DNA from: Octopus sinensis
Taxonomy: Eukaryota
Direction: 5' to 3'
Length of the DNA: 64,000 nt
NCBI RefSeq assembly: GCF_006345805.1
Contig: NC_043007.1
Coordinates: 71,114,001-71,178,000, forward strand
Shown here: positions 26,697-38,736 of the stretch, one piece after another
Layout of the letters: each line of letters begins with the position of its first letter
Position numbering within the stretch: the first letter of the stretch is position 1
Made by a program: the position numbers and the translations under genes
Notes under the pieces: model-generated
The model's database searches: none
Seen by the model: only the letters and a program-made list of their open reading frames with translations
What the model was told of the DNA's origin: nothing

Positions 26697-27335
26697 TGAG
26701 CTGGCAGAAACGTTCGCATGCTGAGTGAAATGCTTAGTGGTAGCGGTAGTAGTAGTGGTAGTAAGGCGGCGAGCTGGCAGAAACGTTAGCAGGCCAGGCG
26801 AAATGCGTAGCCGTATTTCGTCTGAGTTCAAATTTCGTCAAGGTCGACTTTGCCTTTCATCCTTTCGGGGTCGATTAAATAAGTACCAGTTACGCACTGG
26901 GGTCGATATAATCGACTTAATCCGTTTGTCTGTCCTTGTTTGTCCTCTCTGTGTTTAACCCCTTGTGGGTAGTAAAGAAATAGGTATTTCGTCTGTCTTT
27001 ATGTTCTGACTTCAAATTCCAATGAGGTTGACTTTGCCTTTCATCCTTTCGGGGTCGATAAATTAAGTACCACTTACACACTGGGGTCGATGTAATTGAC
27101 TTAATCCCTTTGTCTGTTCTTGTTTGTCCCCTCTATGTTTAGCCCCTTGTGGGCAATAAAGAAATAAGTATTTCATCTGTCTATGTTCTAAGTTCAAATT
27201 CCACCGAGGTTGACTTTGCCTTTCATCATTTAAGGGTTGATAAATTAAGTACCAGTTGCATACTGGAGTCGATCTAATCAACTGACCCTCCCTCCCCCCA
27301 AATTCCAGGCCTTTTGCTTTGAGTAGAAAAGGATA
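26697..27335 (+). mobile_element. Nested or tandem SINE family B array (three core copies)
   Basis: gactttgcctttcatc...ggggtcgat occurs three times at roughly 190-bp spacing. There are two 5' heads, at 26697 and 26765. Confidence 0.85.
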
Positions 27336-27802
27336 TATTAATTTAAAATTTTAGCACAAGACCAGCAAGTTTTCTGGGAGGGAATAAGTTGATTACATTG
27401 ATTCCCAGTGCTGAACTGGTATTCATTTTATCGACCATGAAAGGATGAAAGCCAAAGTCGACCTCAGCAGAAGTCAGAATGTAAAGGTGGATGAAATGCT
27501 GTGAACCATTTTGTCCAGTGTGCTAATATTTCTGCCTACTTGCCGCCTTTCGAGTGACCAATATATCTTATTGAAGAAATAGAAGGAATGTATTGAGATG
27601 GATTACGAATATCAATAATGTGGCTTAGGGGAAATACATCAGAGGAGCTTCCTGTTTGTGTAAATACCCAAATGGCAGCGTAGCACACTATCAAGCACTA
27701 CTTAGCAATTTGTACCGTGTGGGTTGCACTTGTAGAGTACTTTTACCATAACCTAATCATATCTCACACCACAAGTGAATGGGGTTACTTAATGGCTGTA
27801 AC

Positions 27803-28005
27803 AGTGGTGGTGGTGGTGGTGGTGGTGGCGGTGGTAGTGTCAGTGGTCATGATTGTGATGGCATTGATGGAGATGATGGTGGTGATGGTGGTGGTGGTGG
27901 TAGTAGTAGTGGTAGTAGTAGTAGTAGTAGTAGTATTAGCAGTAGCAGCAGCAGCAGCAGTAGCAGCAGCAGCTGTAGTTGTAGTAGTAGTAGTAGTAGT
28001 TGTAT

Positions 28006-28046
<41 letters not shown>

Positions 28047-28062
28047 ACAGCAGTAATGGTGG
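27803..28062. repeat. Compound trinucleotide microsatellite (GGT/GAT/GTA/GCA)
   Basis: Direct inspection. Confidence 0.9.
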
Positions 28063-28972
28063 GGCGGAATTGGGGAGGTAGTTAGCGATTTATTGAATTA
28101 AGGAAATTCACTTTTCGCCAACCACTGTTTTATTTCTGTTTCAATGCCTGACCCCTACAGTTCCAGCTATCTTAGAGTTCTTGATATTTTTAGCTAGTGT
28201 CTTAGAGGACACATTCCTGCCGTCAATAATCTCCATGCCATTCTATAAGAAAAACCATTTCTTTCCCTTTCAATTTTTATTTGTTTTTCAGTTTTTGTTT
28301 TGATAATTGAGTTTGGGATTTGTATTCGGATAAACATGTTTGTACTTAGTTCTTCCTCTTTTGAAGCCAACATAAAAATAATTCCAAATTAGATGGCGTT
28401 TCTTTTTTCTACTTCTTCAACAAATCCACAACTAAAAATTGTCTTTAAAAATATTCCAGCATTATTGGTTTAAAAGGAAAATAAAAAGCAGTTTTTTTTT
28501 GTATACAAATATATTTCTAGAAGTTGAATTATAAAAAATAAGAGATAAAAACTAAATACCTCTGTGTTATTTGTTGATGATTGTAGGTTAGTTTTGGTTT
28601 TAAAGTTGGAATAGTTTCTTAAAAGAATTCGTGGCAATGTTTCTTGTAATAGGGAGAGATAGTCATGAGTTCTTAGTAAAAGTTTATTGAAGAAGAACTA
28701 TGATACTCTTACTGTCAGACCATATGCAGGCTAAATCTTATGGCAAGGCTAGTCAAAGAAAATTGTAGACACTATTTAAGGAGTAAAACTGACCCTCTCT
28801 ATCTTTCAGAGGACTAAGTATTTTATTCATTGATTCCTTACATAACTGGTCACAAGTAAGACTTATGAAGATGTTTCATAGCAAAGACTTATTTGGTCAA
28901 TATGCTAAAGAAGACACATTTATGTCTTTAGGACCTCAATATAGTATCATCTGTGATCTGTAAAATTTAAAT

Positions 28973-29198
28973 TGAACCCTTTAGCATTTAATCTGGCCAT
29001 ATCCAGCCTAAATATTCTACCTGTTTTAATTAAAACTGTCCAGATCCAACATCTCATATCTATCCGACGATGTCATTGTAAAAATATACAAACACACCAT
29101 TGAAATCTCAAAGCTATGAGATAATGCATAATTAATTCAAAACAATATGAATAAATAAGCAATTCATTTGATAAAGAAATCTTAATCCCCAAGGCTTA
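28973..29198 (+). mobile_element. piggyBac-like MITE copy without nested insert
   Basis: aaccctttagcatttaa...ctcaaagctatgagataatgcataattaattcaaaacaatatgaataaataagc shared with the other copies. Confidence 0.65.
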
Positions 29199-31380
29199 CA
29201 CCTGTCATCCAAAGCATTCAAATTTGGTAATGTCTGTTGATTCTAGATTAAATGTTTTTCATTGGTTCATTCTAAAGGAAGGAAAGAGTTGTTTTTATGG
29301 CCTTTGCAGCTCTTGCACACTATTAGGTTAATGCAGTTGATGCTCTTCTTGAACAAATTGAGAGCTACATTAAAGACAGAGTGAGAGGAACTTTCAAAGG
29401 GCTGAGGTTTGAGTGAAAAGCAGTGGTCATAGGGGTTGGGATGTGGTTGGAGTGGTGGTGATGGTGGTAGACACAATATAGGGGATAAGAATTAATAAAG
29501 ATTCTTGTGTTTTTCATAGCCTCATCCCTTTTCCTTCAGCTGTTGACAATTGATGGAAAACCTCATCATCATCATCATCATCATCCTCATCATATGTTTG
29601 TTGTCCATGCTGGCATGGATTGGATGGTTTGATCAGGGCTGGCAAGCTGAGGCATGCATCATACTCCAGTCTGATCTCGCATGGCTTCTATGGACGGATG
29701 CCCTTCCTAATGCCAACCACTCTGAGAGTGTAACAGGTACTTTTATGTGCCACTGGCATGAATGCCATTTGAATGGCTCCAGTATCTGTCATCAGTATGA
29801 TTTCATGTAACTTGATGGGTCTTCGTCTCAAGCATGGCATATTGCTGAAGGTTCCAGTTATTTGTCATTGCCTCCTTGAGGCCCAGTGCTTGAAAAGTGC
29901 TTTTTACATGTCACTGGCACAGGTGCTAGTTATGTAACACCAGCATCAGCCAAACCTCTACAAATATATTCATATGTTTATCCCTCTCTCACAGAGTGAA
30001 GTTAAGATGTCCATAAACTTAAAATTTATGATTTTCTAGTTCGTAACTGGAAACTAAGCAATATTGATTACCTCAATTTTTTAAAGGCCTCATAATTATA
30101 GATAAGGAAAGTGAGATTATGTGACAAGCATGCTTTTTACAAATCCATTAGTGACGCAAGTTAAGTGAAATAACTGCAATCAGGTCAAGGATGCAGTATA
30201 TCGGTAGCTTACTCTTACTGTAGAACGACCGTTATTTGAAGGAACCATTTCCAAAGTCATTCTTATTTTACTTACTTTCTGCGTGCAAGTGCATGGCTGA
30301 AGATAACAAAAACCTTGCTTCAACAAAATAATCAAACATTGATTTCTCTCAGACTCTTGTCTTGAGTATTGTCTATTTTTAAATTTCTTGTATTTTATTA
30401 ACTAAATCTTTATAGCATCATAGTTTTCCTACAACTAAAAAAAAAACAAAAACACATGCATTTTTATATTAACTTAACCAAAAAATTAAATCTTTGAGAC
30501 TTAATAAAGAAAACAGTATTTTATATGGATCTTAAGAGAAACTAGTACTACCAAATGAGTAGACATATTAATAAAGGGATTAAACATGTTGATTAGTGAT
30601 TAGTGAGTAATAATTTATGATTAAACATAACTTGTGATTAGTGATTGACCATGTTGATTAATGTGTGATACCACTGTAATTCTGGTCAAGACTGAGAATA
30701 TCAAACATGTTATTTTTATTTTACATTTTCTCAGGAATCGATATATGATATGATTGTAGTCTTTGAGATCAATTATGAGGAATCTATAATTTTCTATTCT
30801 TTTCTTGTATGGCTGCTGTCCTCATAAGCAACAACAGTCTGCTTATCACATTAATCTCTGACTGGAATATACAACTGAATATATGAATGAGAGAGAGAGA
30901 GAGTGTTTGTGTGTGTGTGTGTGAAGGCATGTGGCTTAGTGGCTAGGGTATTCTGGCTCATGATTGTAATCTTGTGAGTAAGACAGTTTAGTTCTCATTG
31001 CTCCAGTCCACTCATCTGGCAATTATGAGATGCATCCATAATTCAAAGGGCCAGCCTTGTAATACTCTGTGTCATACTGAATCTCCCTGTGCGCTAAGTT
31101 AACAGTACTGATATATGTGAAGTGCTCAGCCATTTGCATGTTAATTTCACAAGCAGACTGCTCAGTTGGAACACTCATCATTGTAAATGACAGAGAGCCT
31201 GGCCAGTTGATATATATATATAATTAAAAAATAAGGGTGTTGAATGATTACAACACTATTCTGCTAGAAATAGACCCTAAATGGTCTATGAACCACTTTT
31301 ATTATCCCACTATTATATATATATATATATATTATATATATATATTATATATATATATATACATATATATATAGATAGAT

Positions 31381-31595
31381 AGTTAATCCAAACATGAACA
31401 AAGAGAAAACACAACAACGTGAGGACATGGAACAAGTATAGTGTTATTGAACGCTCAGGAAAGGACAGAAAGAAGGAAGATCTAATGTTTCGAGCAGAGC
31501 TCTTCGTCAGAAACATAGAAAAAGGAAAGGCCCAAAGAAGGGAAAATGGAGAAAAAAAATCACCAATGATACACATGCGGTTACATTATATATGT
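31381..31595 (-). mobile_element. ~215-bp hammerhead-bearing element (copy 2), adjacent to (TA)n
   Basis: Homologous to 6845-7057. Differences include many C/T transitions. Confidence 0.8.
31480..31514 (-). ncRNA. Hammerhead candidate H3 (paralog of H2)
   Basis: GUUU-CUGACGA-A-GAGC-UCU-GCUC-GAAAC-AUU-AGAU. The core is intact, but helix III has a G-to-A change and helix I relies on wobble pairs. Confidence 0.55.
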
Positions 31596-31740
31596 ATATA
31601 TACACACATACATTAAGACAACTGAAGTTTTGGGCTTTAGTAACTATCAATAAATTTGATGAGATTATACATCACTATAAAAGCTTAGTGTGTCTTCTTT
31701 TTGTTCCAGATTAAATAAATTCAGATTTATAAATTAGATA

Positions 31741-32610
31741 ATGGCTAAAGGCCAAAATATAACCATAACCCTCCATAAAAGAGACAAAAGTAATATAGAA
31801 AGAACAAAAAAGTTTAAAATTAACCAACAGCAATCTGAAAAATTGTCAAGAAATTTCAAGAGACTGGTTCCACTGCTGATCGACCTGGTCATGGCTGAAA
31901 GAGGTGTGTGTGGACCTCTCAGCTTATCAAAAGTATCAGGGAAAAGATATGGTAAAATCCTCACTGTTTCATCAGAAGACTGGCTGCCACAGTGAAAATA
32001 AGCCAAACATTGATGTATCAAGTGCTGAAGGAGGATCTCAGGACCCACTCCTACAAGATGATCTGCTGTTATGAGCTAGTGCAAGTTTAGAAGGCCATGA
32101 GACTGGAGAGAAGTCATCTTATCCTGTGTCAAATTGCTGAAGGCACGCTGCCCAACCTGACGTTCACTGGTGAAAAGAAATTTGACATGGAGCAGACAGT
32201 AAATCACCAGAATGACCAATTTTGGTATGTATCTGGCTCGTCAAGAGTAGACTTATAAATTAGCATCAGAATCCACAATCAGTTATGGTCTGGAGCTGTG
32301 AGAGCCACTAGAAGGTCTCCCCTTGTTTTTGTGCCTGTGAGTGCTAAAATTAAAACCCATCGATACATTAGCAATATTCTGGAAGCTGAACTGCTTCCAT
32401 GGGTGAACGAACTCTTTCAAGGCCCACCTTGGAGCCTCCAACAGGAATCAACACCATCCCATAGCTCCAAACAGACTCAACATTGGATTCAGAAAAGCAT
32501 GCCATCATTCATAGGCAAGAGTGTATGACCCTCAAGAAGCCCTGCTCTCAACCCATGGAATTTTTCAGTTTGGCCCATTTTGGAGATGAGAGTATCAAGA
32601 ACAGCTTGAG
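31741..32610 (+). pseudogene. Decayed Tc1/mariner-superfamily transposase, DD37D (maT) type
   Basis: Peptides across frameshifts: HTH-like N-terminus; NPHCFIRRLAATVKISQTLMYQVLKEDLRTHSYKM; LTFTGEKKF; RSPLVFVP...SLQQESTPSH...SPALNPWNFSVW. There are 37 residues between the second and third catalytic positions, both now mutated. Confidence 0.8.
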
Positions 32611-33892
32611 TCCAACCATTTCTAAGGAGCAGAGATCAATATAATAGCAATAGAAAAAACAGGATAATATTTCAGACTTCTTGTTAAACAGGAAATTCAA
32701 GGCTCAGGTCATGCAGGCCAATTTTGAATAAGTTTAGGGTCACTAGCATTTTTTTGAAGATTGACTGTGAAGTAGGTAGGGACATCTAGGGATACCTACT
32801 GTTTAAAGAACTTATAGTTAAATATGGCCTTATATAATTAATGTGAAGGAAAATGCTTAATTCATTAGAAAATAATCATTAGCATTAATGATTATTTTTA
32901 GTTTAGAAAAGTAAGGGAGACAACTAATAAATCAAAATTAAAACTAGAATGAAATCATAGTGTGTGAGTTTGATTTGTGGTAATTATGATGACAACTCCA
33001 GATATGTTTTGGCCTTATTGCACCTCAACAGTTCATAGTATTACAGTATTGACTAGATCTTATCTAATTACATCACTGGTACTGTCAGGATAATTATTTT
33101 ACAAATCTTGGTTTGTAAAATTGCTGTGTGATTAGGTTTGGGGTTTGATTCCACTGCACAACACTTTAGTAAGATGTCTTTTACTGACATTTTTAGTTGA
33201 CTAATAGTCTGTGAAGGAAATTTGAAAGATAGAAATTGTGCCTGTTGTTTGTGTGTGTATATGCACGTCTGTGTGTGTGTACTCAAGTAAAATGGTATGT
33301 TGGTATCATAGCTGTCTGGTAAATAGGTATGGATAAAGTCTTGGTGTCAGTTGGTAAAGGAATATGAATCATTAGTCCTATAATTCATGGTGGTAGTGAT
33401 GGCATCATCGATAATGATCTTTTGGTCTCAACAATGTGTATTCCATTGTTCCATCAACTGAACTCCCAAATTGTTAAATTAATGTCTATGTGGCTACAAC
33501 TGTAGCCCTAATTTAACCCCAGACAGATGCAACATGAAACTTGCAATTACTCATACAATCCATCTGATAGGCTTCCCTACAGTTTCCATACATCCGATGT
33601 TAGTCAAAGGGTTGGGTAGAGCCAAGGCTTGGCCCCACATACCATGTAGAGGAATTGAACCTGGGACCTCATAGTGGTGAAGAATACTGCTTCTAGCAGT
33701 TTGAGAGACCCAATACAGGTCCCCCTACTGCCTTAAGAAATTATGTAGAATATTTAGTATTTTAGTAATTGTTGTGGATGTTGTGATATGCTTTTTTTTT
33801 ATCATGCAATATAATATTATATTCTTTGTAATGTTTATTTTATTTTTTATTATTTTTGATTGGTAATTTCTATGTGTTTTTCTTACATTTAG

Positions 33893-34106
33893 GCAATCTC
33901 GAGCCGAATTGCAATCCCTGGCTCATCTTATTGAGTCTATGTGGACTCAGCACAATCCACCGGTGTCACCAAACAGCCTGGATTTAGATCAGATGTTCAG
34001 CTTCTTGCAAGAAGAAAAGGCTAACGACCAATTAGAGACTAATGATAAAGAAGAAGCCGTCAACCAAATAAATGAAGCCTTTGAAGTGTTGAATGATCTT
34101 TGGGAG
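33893..34106 (+). CDS. Next coding exon of the same probable unconventional myosin (proximal tail)
   Basis: Acceptor gtgtttttcttacatttag and donor GAG|gtaaat. The 214-nt exon starts in the phase that completes the CG left by the previous exon (CGG=R): QSRAELQSLAHLIESMWTQHNPPVSPNSLDLDQMFSFLQEEKANDQLETNDKEEAVNQINEAFEVLNDLWE. LDLDQMFSFL resembles the DMVDKMFGFL motif that follows the SAH in myosin VIIa. The class assignment is inference. Confidence 0.85.
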
Positions 34107-34259
34107 GTAAATAGCAATATGTTTCTTTCGCTTACCATTACAACTAGCTTCTCCTGTTGAGTATAAAACGACTGATGGATTTTATGTTATCATTTATACC
34201 TATTTTATCTCTGTGAATTTTTGCCAATAAAACACATGTATACAATAAAACACACACAG

Positions 34260-34330
34260 GCACACACATGTAAGTGTGTAAGTGTGTATGTTACTGTGTT
34301 TATATATATAAGCATGTATATGTATGGTGC

Positions 34331-34383
<53 letters not shown>

Positions 34384-34407
34384 TACATATATGTATATAT
34401 ATACATT

Positions 34408-34450
<43 letters not shown>

Positions 34451-34524
34451 ATATATCATCATCGTTTAGAGGATGATATACATACATATATATATATATA
34501 CATGTGTTTATATATATATATATA

Positions 34525-34557
<33 letters not shown>

Positions 34558-34561
34558 CATG

Positions 34562-34595
<34 letters not shown>

Positions 34596-34690
34596 TGCAT
34601 GCATACATACATACATGCATATGTATACACACACACATATACATATATGCATACATTTATTCACACACACACATGTATATGTATATATCA
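34260..34690. repeat. Compound TA/CA microsatellite block just downstream of the exon
   Basis: Direct inspection. Confidence 0.9.
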
Positions 34691-36134
34691 ATAACTGATT
34701 TATTAACATTTAAAAGAAGATACCTCACCTTGATTCACCACTGATAGATGTAGCTTTGATCAACAGGTATTTCAATCCTAGACTATAACACCTTCTCATT
34801 GATGGGTCAGCAGAAGTGGCTGAATTACTGCACATCATCTCCTAACTGTAGCATCCCTGACAAGGCATCTGCCTTGTGACCAGGGGCACAGGGTGAGGCC
34901 ATCAGGTCTCTTCCCATCACATCTGAACAATCGAGATGGTTCCAAGATAGAGGGGATGTTTGCCCAGGCTGTGTACCAGATTTCAAAGATTATCGTATTT
35001 CCATGTGCCACAGTTCTTTTAATTATCGTTGGAAAACCTCAATTAATTGGTGTTTTCTTTTTTTTTTTGTTATCTCTGTCTCATGATAAAACCTTTATTA
35101 ATTGTGTCCACCCTGATTATATGCAATTATTTGTTTCTTAGCAAACGTTTATGAATTACATTTTGCAATCCATCCTATATTCAATATATGAAATCAGGAA
35201 TGGGACAATATTGCTATGCAAATGCTTATTCACTGAATGTCAGTATCATTCAGAATTCTGTTAATGGTATGTAAATATCTTCTTAGAAGTGCTCCGGTTA
35301 TATTTCTAACCTCCTTTATAATAAGAATTTTTTGTTGCACAATATAAAATTAAAACATCAAATATAGTGAAAGAACTTTTACTGGAATACCTTTTAAGCT
35401 GATTTCTGTTTTTCAAGCTCAGTATTAATATTAAAAGACCCCATCAAGTTCCTATTCTTCATCTCTTTTGTGTGTAAAATCAATCCTATTAGTCATCATC
35501 CTTTGATACATATTGTCCTCTAACCTGTTGTCTGCATGTCAGAGTTGTAACAGTCTACAATTATTCTTTAATTATTTAATGTTTCCACTATGTTATTATA
35601 ACTTTGCAATATTATCTCTAGAATATAACAGACATAACTAATTCTTATGAGTAAAGCTGTGAGGACCAGCTAGATATGCTAATTTCAGTTTACATGTTGT
35701 GTGTTCAAATCCGTTGCAGGTAAAGACAAAAAAATATTTCTGAACACAGCATGTTTTAATTCACCAAATTATTGGGAATTAATACCAAATCTGGAAACAT
35801 TTGTTGGTTCCATGGCTGCTAGCAATAGAAAGCTACCCACCCCCACTTCCTAGTATAGACTTTACTTAAAAATTCTGTAACTTCTCCAGATACAACATCA
35901 CATGATGTGATAACTTCATAAAATTTTATGGAACAAACCCCTATGTTCATTGCATTAATTAACATATGAAAGTATAATTACTCTAATCAAGTAAAAATAT
36001 CTTTCACTTACACATGACTGAAGAAACATTGCTTTAGTTTTGATTAAATGAATTTTAATTCATTCCTCAATTGAAAAAAGTTTCTAGGTAAAACCTTCTA
36101 GGTAAGGATTTAAAATACCACAATAGTTGCTGAT

Positions 36135-36720
36135 TTGGCTGTGCAGTAAGAAGTTTACTTCCCAGCCACATGGTTCCAGGATCAGTCCAACTGTGTGGAA
36201 TTTTGGCCAATGTCTTTTACTATAGCCTTGGGTGGGCCGAAGCCTGTCATATATATGTATATATATATGAATGAGAGATATTGGTATCTAGAAGACCCAT
36301 CCATAATATCCCTGAAACAGCTGTAAGACTATTTCATTATAAATGTCCTGAAAACTCCTCATAGCCTTGGCTTTTTTATCCCATTCTGTCTAATATACAT
36401 GTGTGTGTGTGTCTTTGTGTCTGTGTTTGTCCCCCATCACTGCTTGACAACTAGTGTTGATGTGTTTATGCCTCAGTAACATGGCAAAAGAGACTAATAG
36501 AATAAGTAGCAGGAGGAATTACAACCGTGTTTCGTGGTCTGCTACCACAACAGCTCCTTTATAGGATCCAGTTAGCTCAAGACATCATCAGGAGGAACCA
36601 TGTCCGGTTTCGGCCCCTACTCCTCTACTGTTGCACTGGAGGTCAATTCATTTGACTAAAATTCCTCAAAGTGGTGCTCCAGCTTAGCTGAAATTTATAA
36701 TTATTGAAACAAGCAAAAGG
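36135..36720 (+). mobile_element. Decayed SINE family A copy with internal insertions
   Basis: Head at 36135, body at 36410-36510, foreign segment at about 36510-36630, then the tail. Confidence 0.65.
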
Positions 36721-36761
36721 TAACAACAATTATCACACATAGAGTAGTATCAAAAGTATTA

Positions 36762-37327
36762 TTGGGTTGCCCGGAAAGTTCATGCCGATTTATAGTAGCT
36801 TACCTTTCGACTTATTTTAGAACATGGTTGAGTCCATAAAATAGGATTTAACTACACCTCCATTTAGAGCACAGTTTAAGCTATCTTTTTGCTGAAGAAG
36901 GTTTATGTTCCTATAACCTGTGTTAATTCTGTAACCCTTTAAAATGGAAGGTAAGAAAGTTCATTTTTGGCACTTGATGCTTTGGAAACCAGACAAAAAT
37001 TGCTGCAGCTCGGCTGGGATGTGTTACCCCACCCTCCATATTCACCAGATATTGCTCCTTCGGATTTCCACTTATTCAGGTCTCTGCAGAATAGTCTTAA
37101 TGGTAAAAATTTCAATTCCTTGGATGACGTAAAAAGATACCTTGATGAATTCTTTGTCATGAAGCCACCTCAATTCTGGGTAGAGGGTATTTTCAAGTTA
37201 AAGGAAAGCTGGAGACACATCGTGCAACAAAATGGTTCATTATTTGGTTGATTAAAATATAATGGCAAGTATTTATTGACCTTTTTCTTTCCTTCAAAAA
37301 TCGGCACAAACTTTCCGGACAACCCAA
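36762..37327 (+). mobile_element. Internally deleted mariner (D,D34D) element, 566 bp
   Basis: 30-bp TIRs (ttgggttgcccggaaagttcatgccgattt / aaatcggcacaaactttccggacaacccaa, 3 mismatches) with a TA TSD on both sides. The N-terminus MEGKKVHFWHLML is fused to the C-terminus TRQKLLQLGWDVLPHPPYSPDIAPSDFHLFRSLQNSL. Confidence 0.92.
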
Positions 37328-37987
37328 TATTTCTCTAGTTACTATATTTTGCAAATGTTTCAATCTTTAAAATTGTGAAGATGATAGGGGATACATTTAG
37401 TGAGGCATCTTTTGTAGTGTTGTATTCAAAATCTTAGTTGATCCTTTTTAAATATAATTTTCATCTAACTAGGGGTAAATGAAGTAGCGTGTCTATCTAA
37501 GGATATAATACAGTACTAAGGATACAGCATATATGCCATATTATGAGATACTAGCCCAACTTGTGCACTTAACAATGATGGACTCAGTTTGTTTTGAGTC
37601 TGTATTAACAAACTTATTGAGAAAGAGAAAAAGATTTGCTTAAAAGATCTATAAAGAACTAAATTAATATAATTTACAAAAAACGCATTTAGCCAAGGAG
37701 AAATTGAACTTATAACTTAACATCCCATTTTATATTGGTTTCAAATTTTGGCACAAAACCAGCAATTTTGGTGGAAGTGGCATGTCAATTAGATCAACCC
37801 CCGTGTCCAATTGGTACTTATTTTATTGACCCAAAAGGACGAAAGGCTAAGTTGACCTTAGTTGAATTTGAACTCAGAATGTAAAGACATGAAATGCCAT
37901 TAAGCATTTTGCCTGACATGCTGATGATTCTACTACCTTGCTACCTTAATTCCAACCCTCTTCATGTTAATGTCAGCCACATGTTGA

Positions 37988-38736
37988 TTAATTCTTTAGC
38001 ATTTAAACAGGCTATATCCAGCCAAAAATCACTACTTGATTTATGTTCAAACTGGCCAGATCCTGCCTCTCATACTTACCCTGCATTGTTAGTCTAAAAT
38101 ATATACAGCCACATAATTGTAATCTCATATGAGATAATAAAGGCGAAATGGCCCAGTGGTTGGGTCAGTGGACTCATGGTCATAGGATTGCGGTTTTGGT
38201 TCCCAGACCGGGCATTTTGACTGTTTATTGAGCGAAAACACCTAAAACTCCACGATGCTCCAGCAGAGGGTGGTGGCGACCCCTGCTGTACTCTTTCACC
38301 AGAACTTTCTCTCACTCTTTCTTCCTGTTTCTGATGTACCTGTATTTCAAATGGCCAGCCTTGTCACACTCTGTTTCACGCTGAATCTCCCCGAGAACTA
38401 CGTTAAGGGTACACGTGTCTGTGGAGTGCTCAGCCACTTGCACATTAATAAATGAGCTGCGACGTCACTAGTGCCAAGTTGTATCAGCCTTTGCCTTTCC
38501 CTTGGATAACATCAGTGGCATGGAGAGGGGAGGCCAGTATGCATGGGCAACTACTGGCCTTCCATAAACAACCTTGCCCAGACTTGTGCCTCAGAGGGTA
38601 ACTTTCTAGGTGCAATCTCATGGTCATTCATGACTGAAGGGGGGTCACAACAATGAGATAGTGCAAGATAAATTCAAAACTAGGTAAATAAATAAGCATT
38701 ATATCTGACAGAATAATCTGAATACTAAAGGGTTAA
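37988..38736 (+). mobile_element. piggyBac-like MITE split by a composite SINE (about 38135-38645)
   Basis: Left half at 37988-38095. Right half ends aatactaaagggttaa. The insert has a tRNA head shared with 57720-58010 and a tail shared with 15500-15812. Confidence 0.7.

Larger units (their letters stand above)
20385..33892 (+). other. 13,508-bp phase-2 GT-AG intron, repeat-filled
   Basis: Lies between the two phase-compatible exons. No other convincing exon was seen inside it. Confidence 0.7.

Noticed and set aside
28200-28800. Possible decayed LINE ORF1 on the minus strand
   Set aside because: Compositionally suggestive only, with no diagnostic motif.
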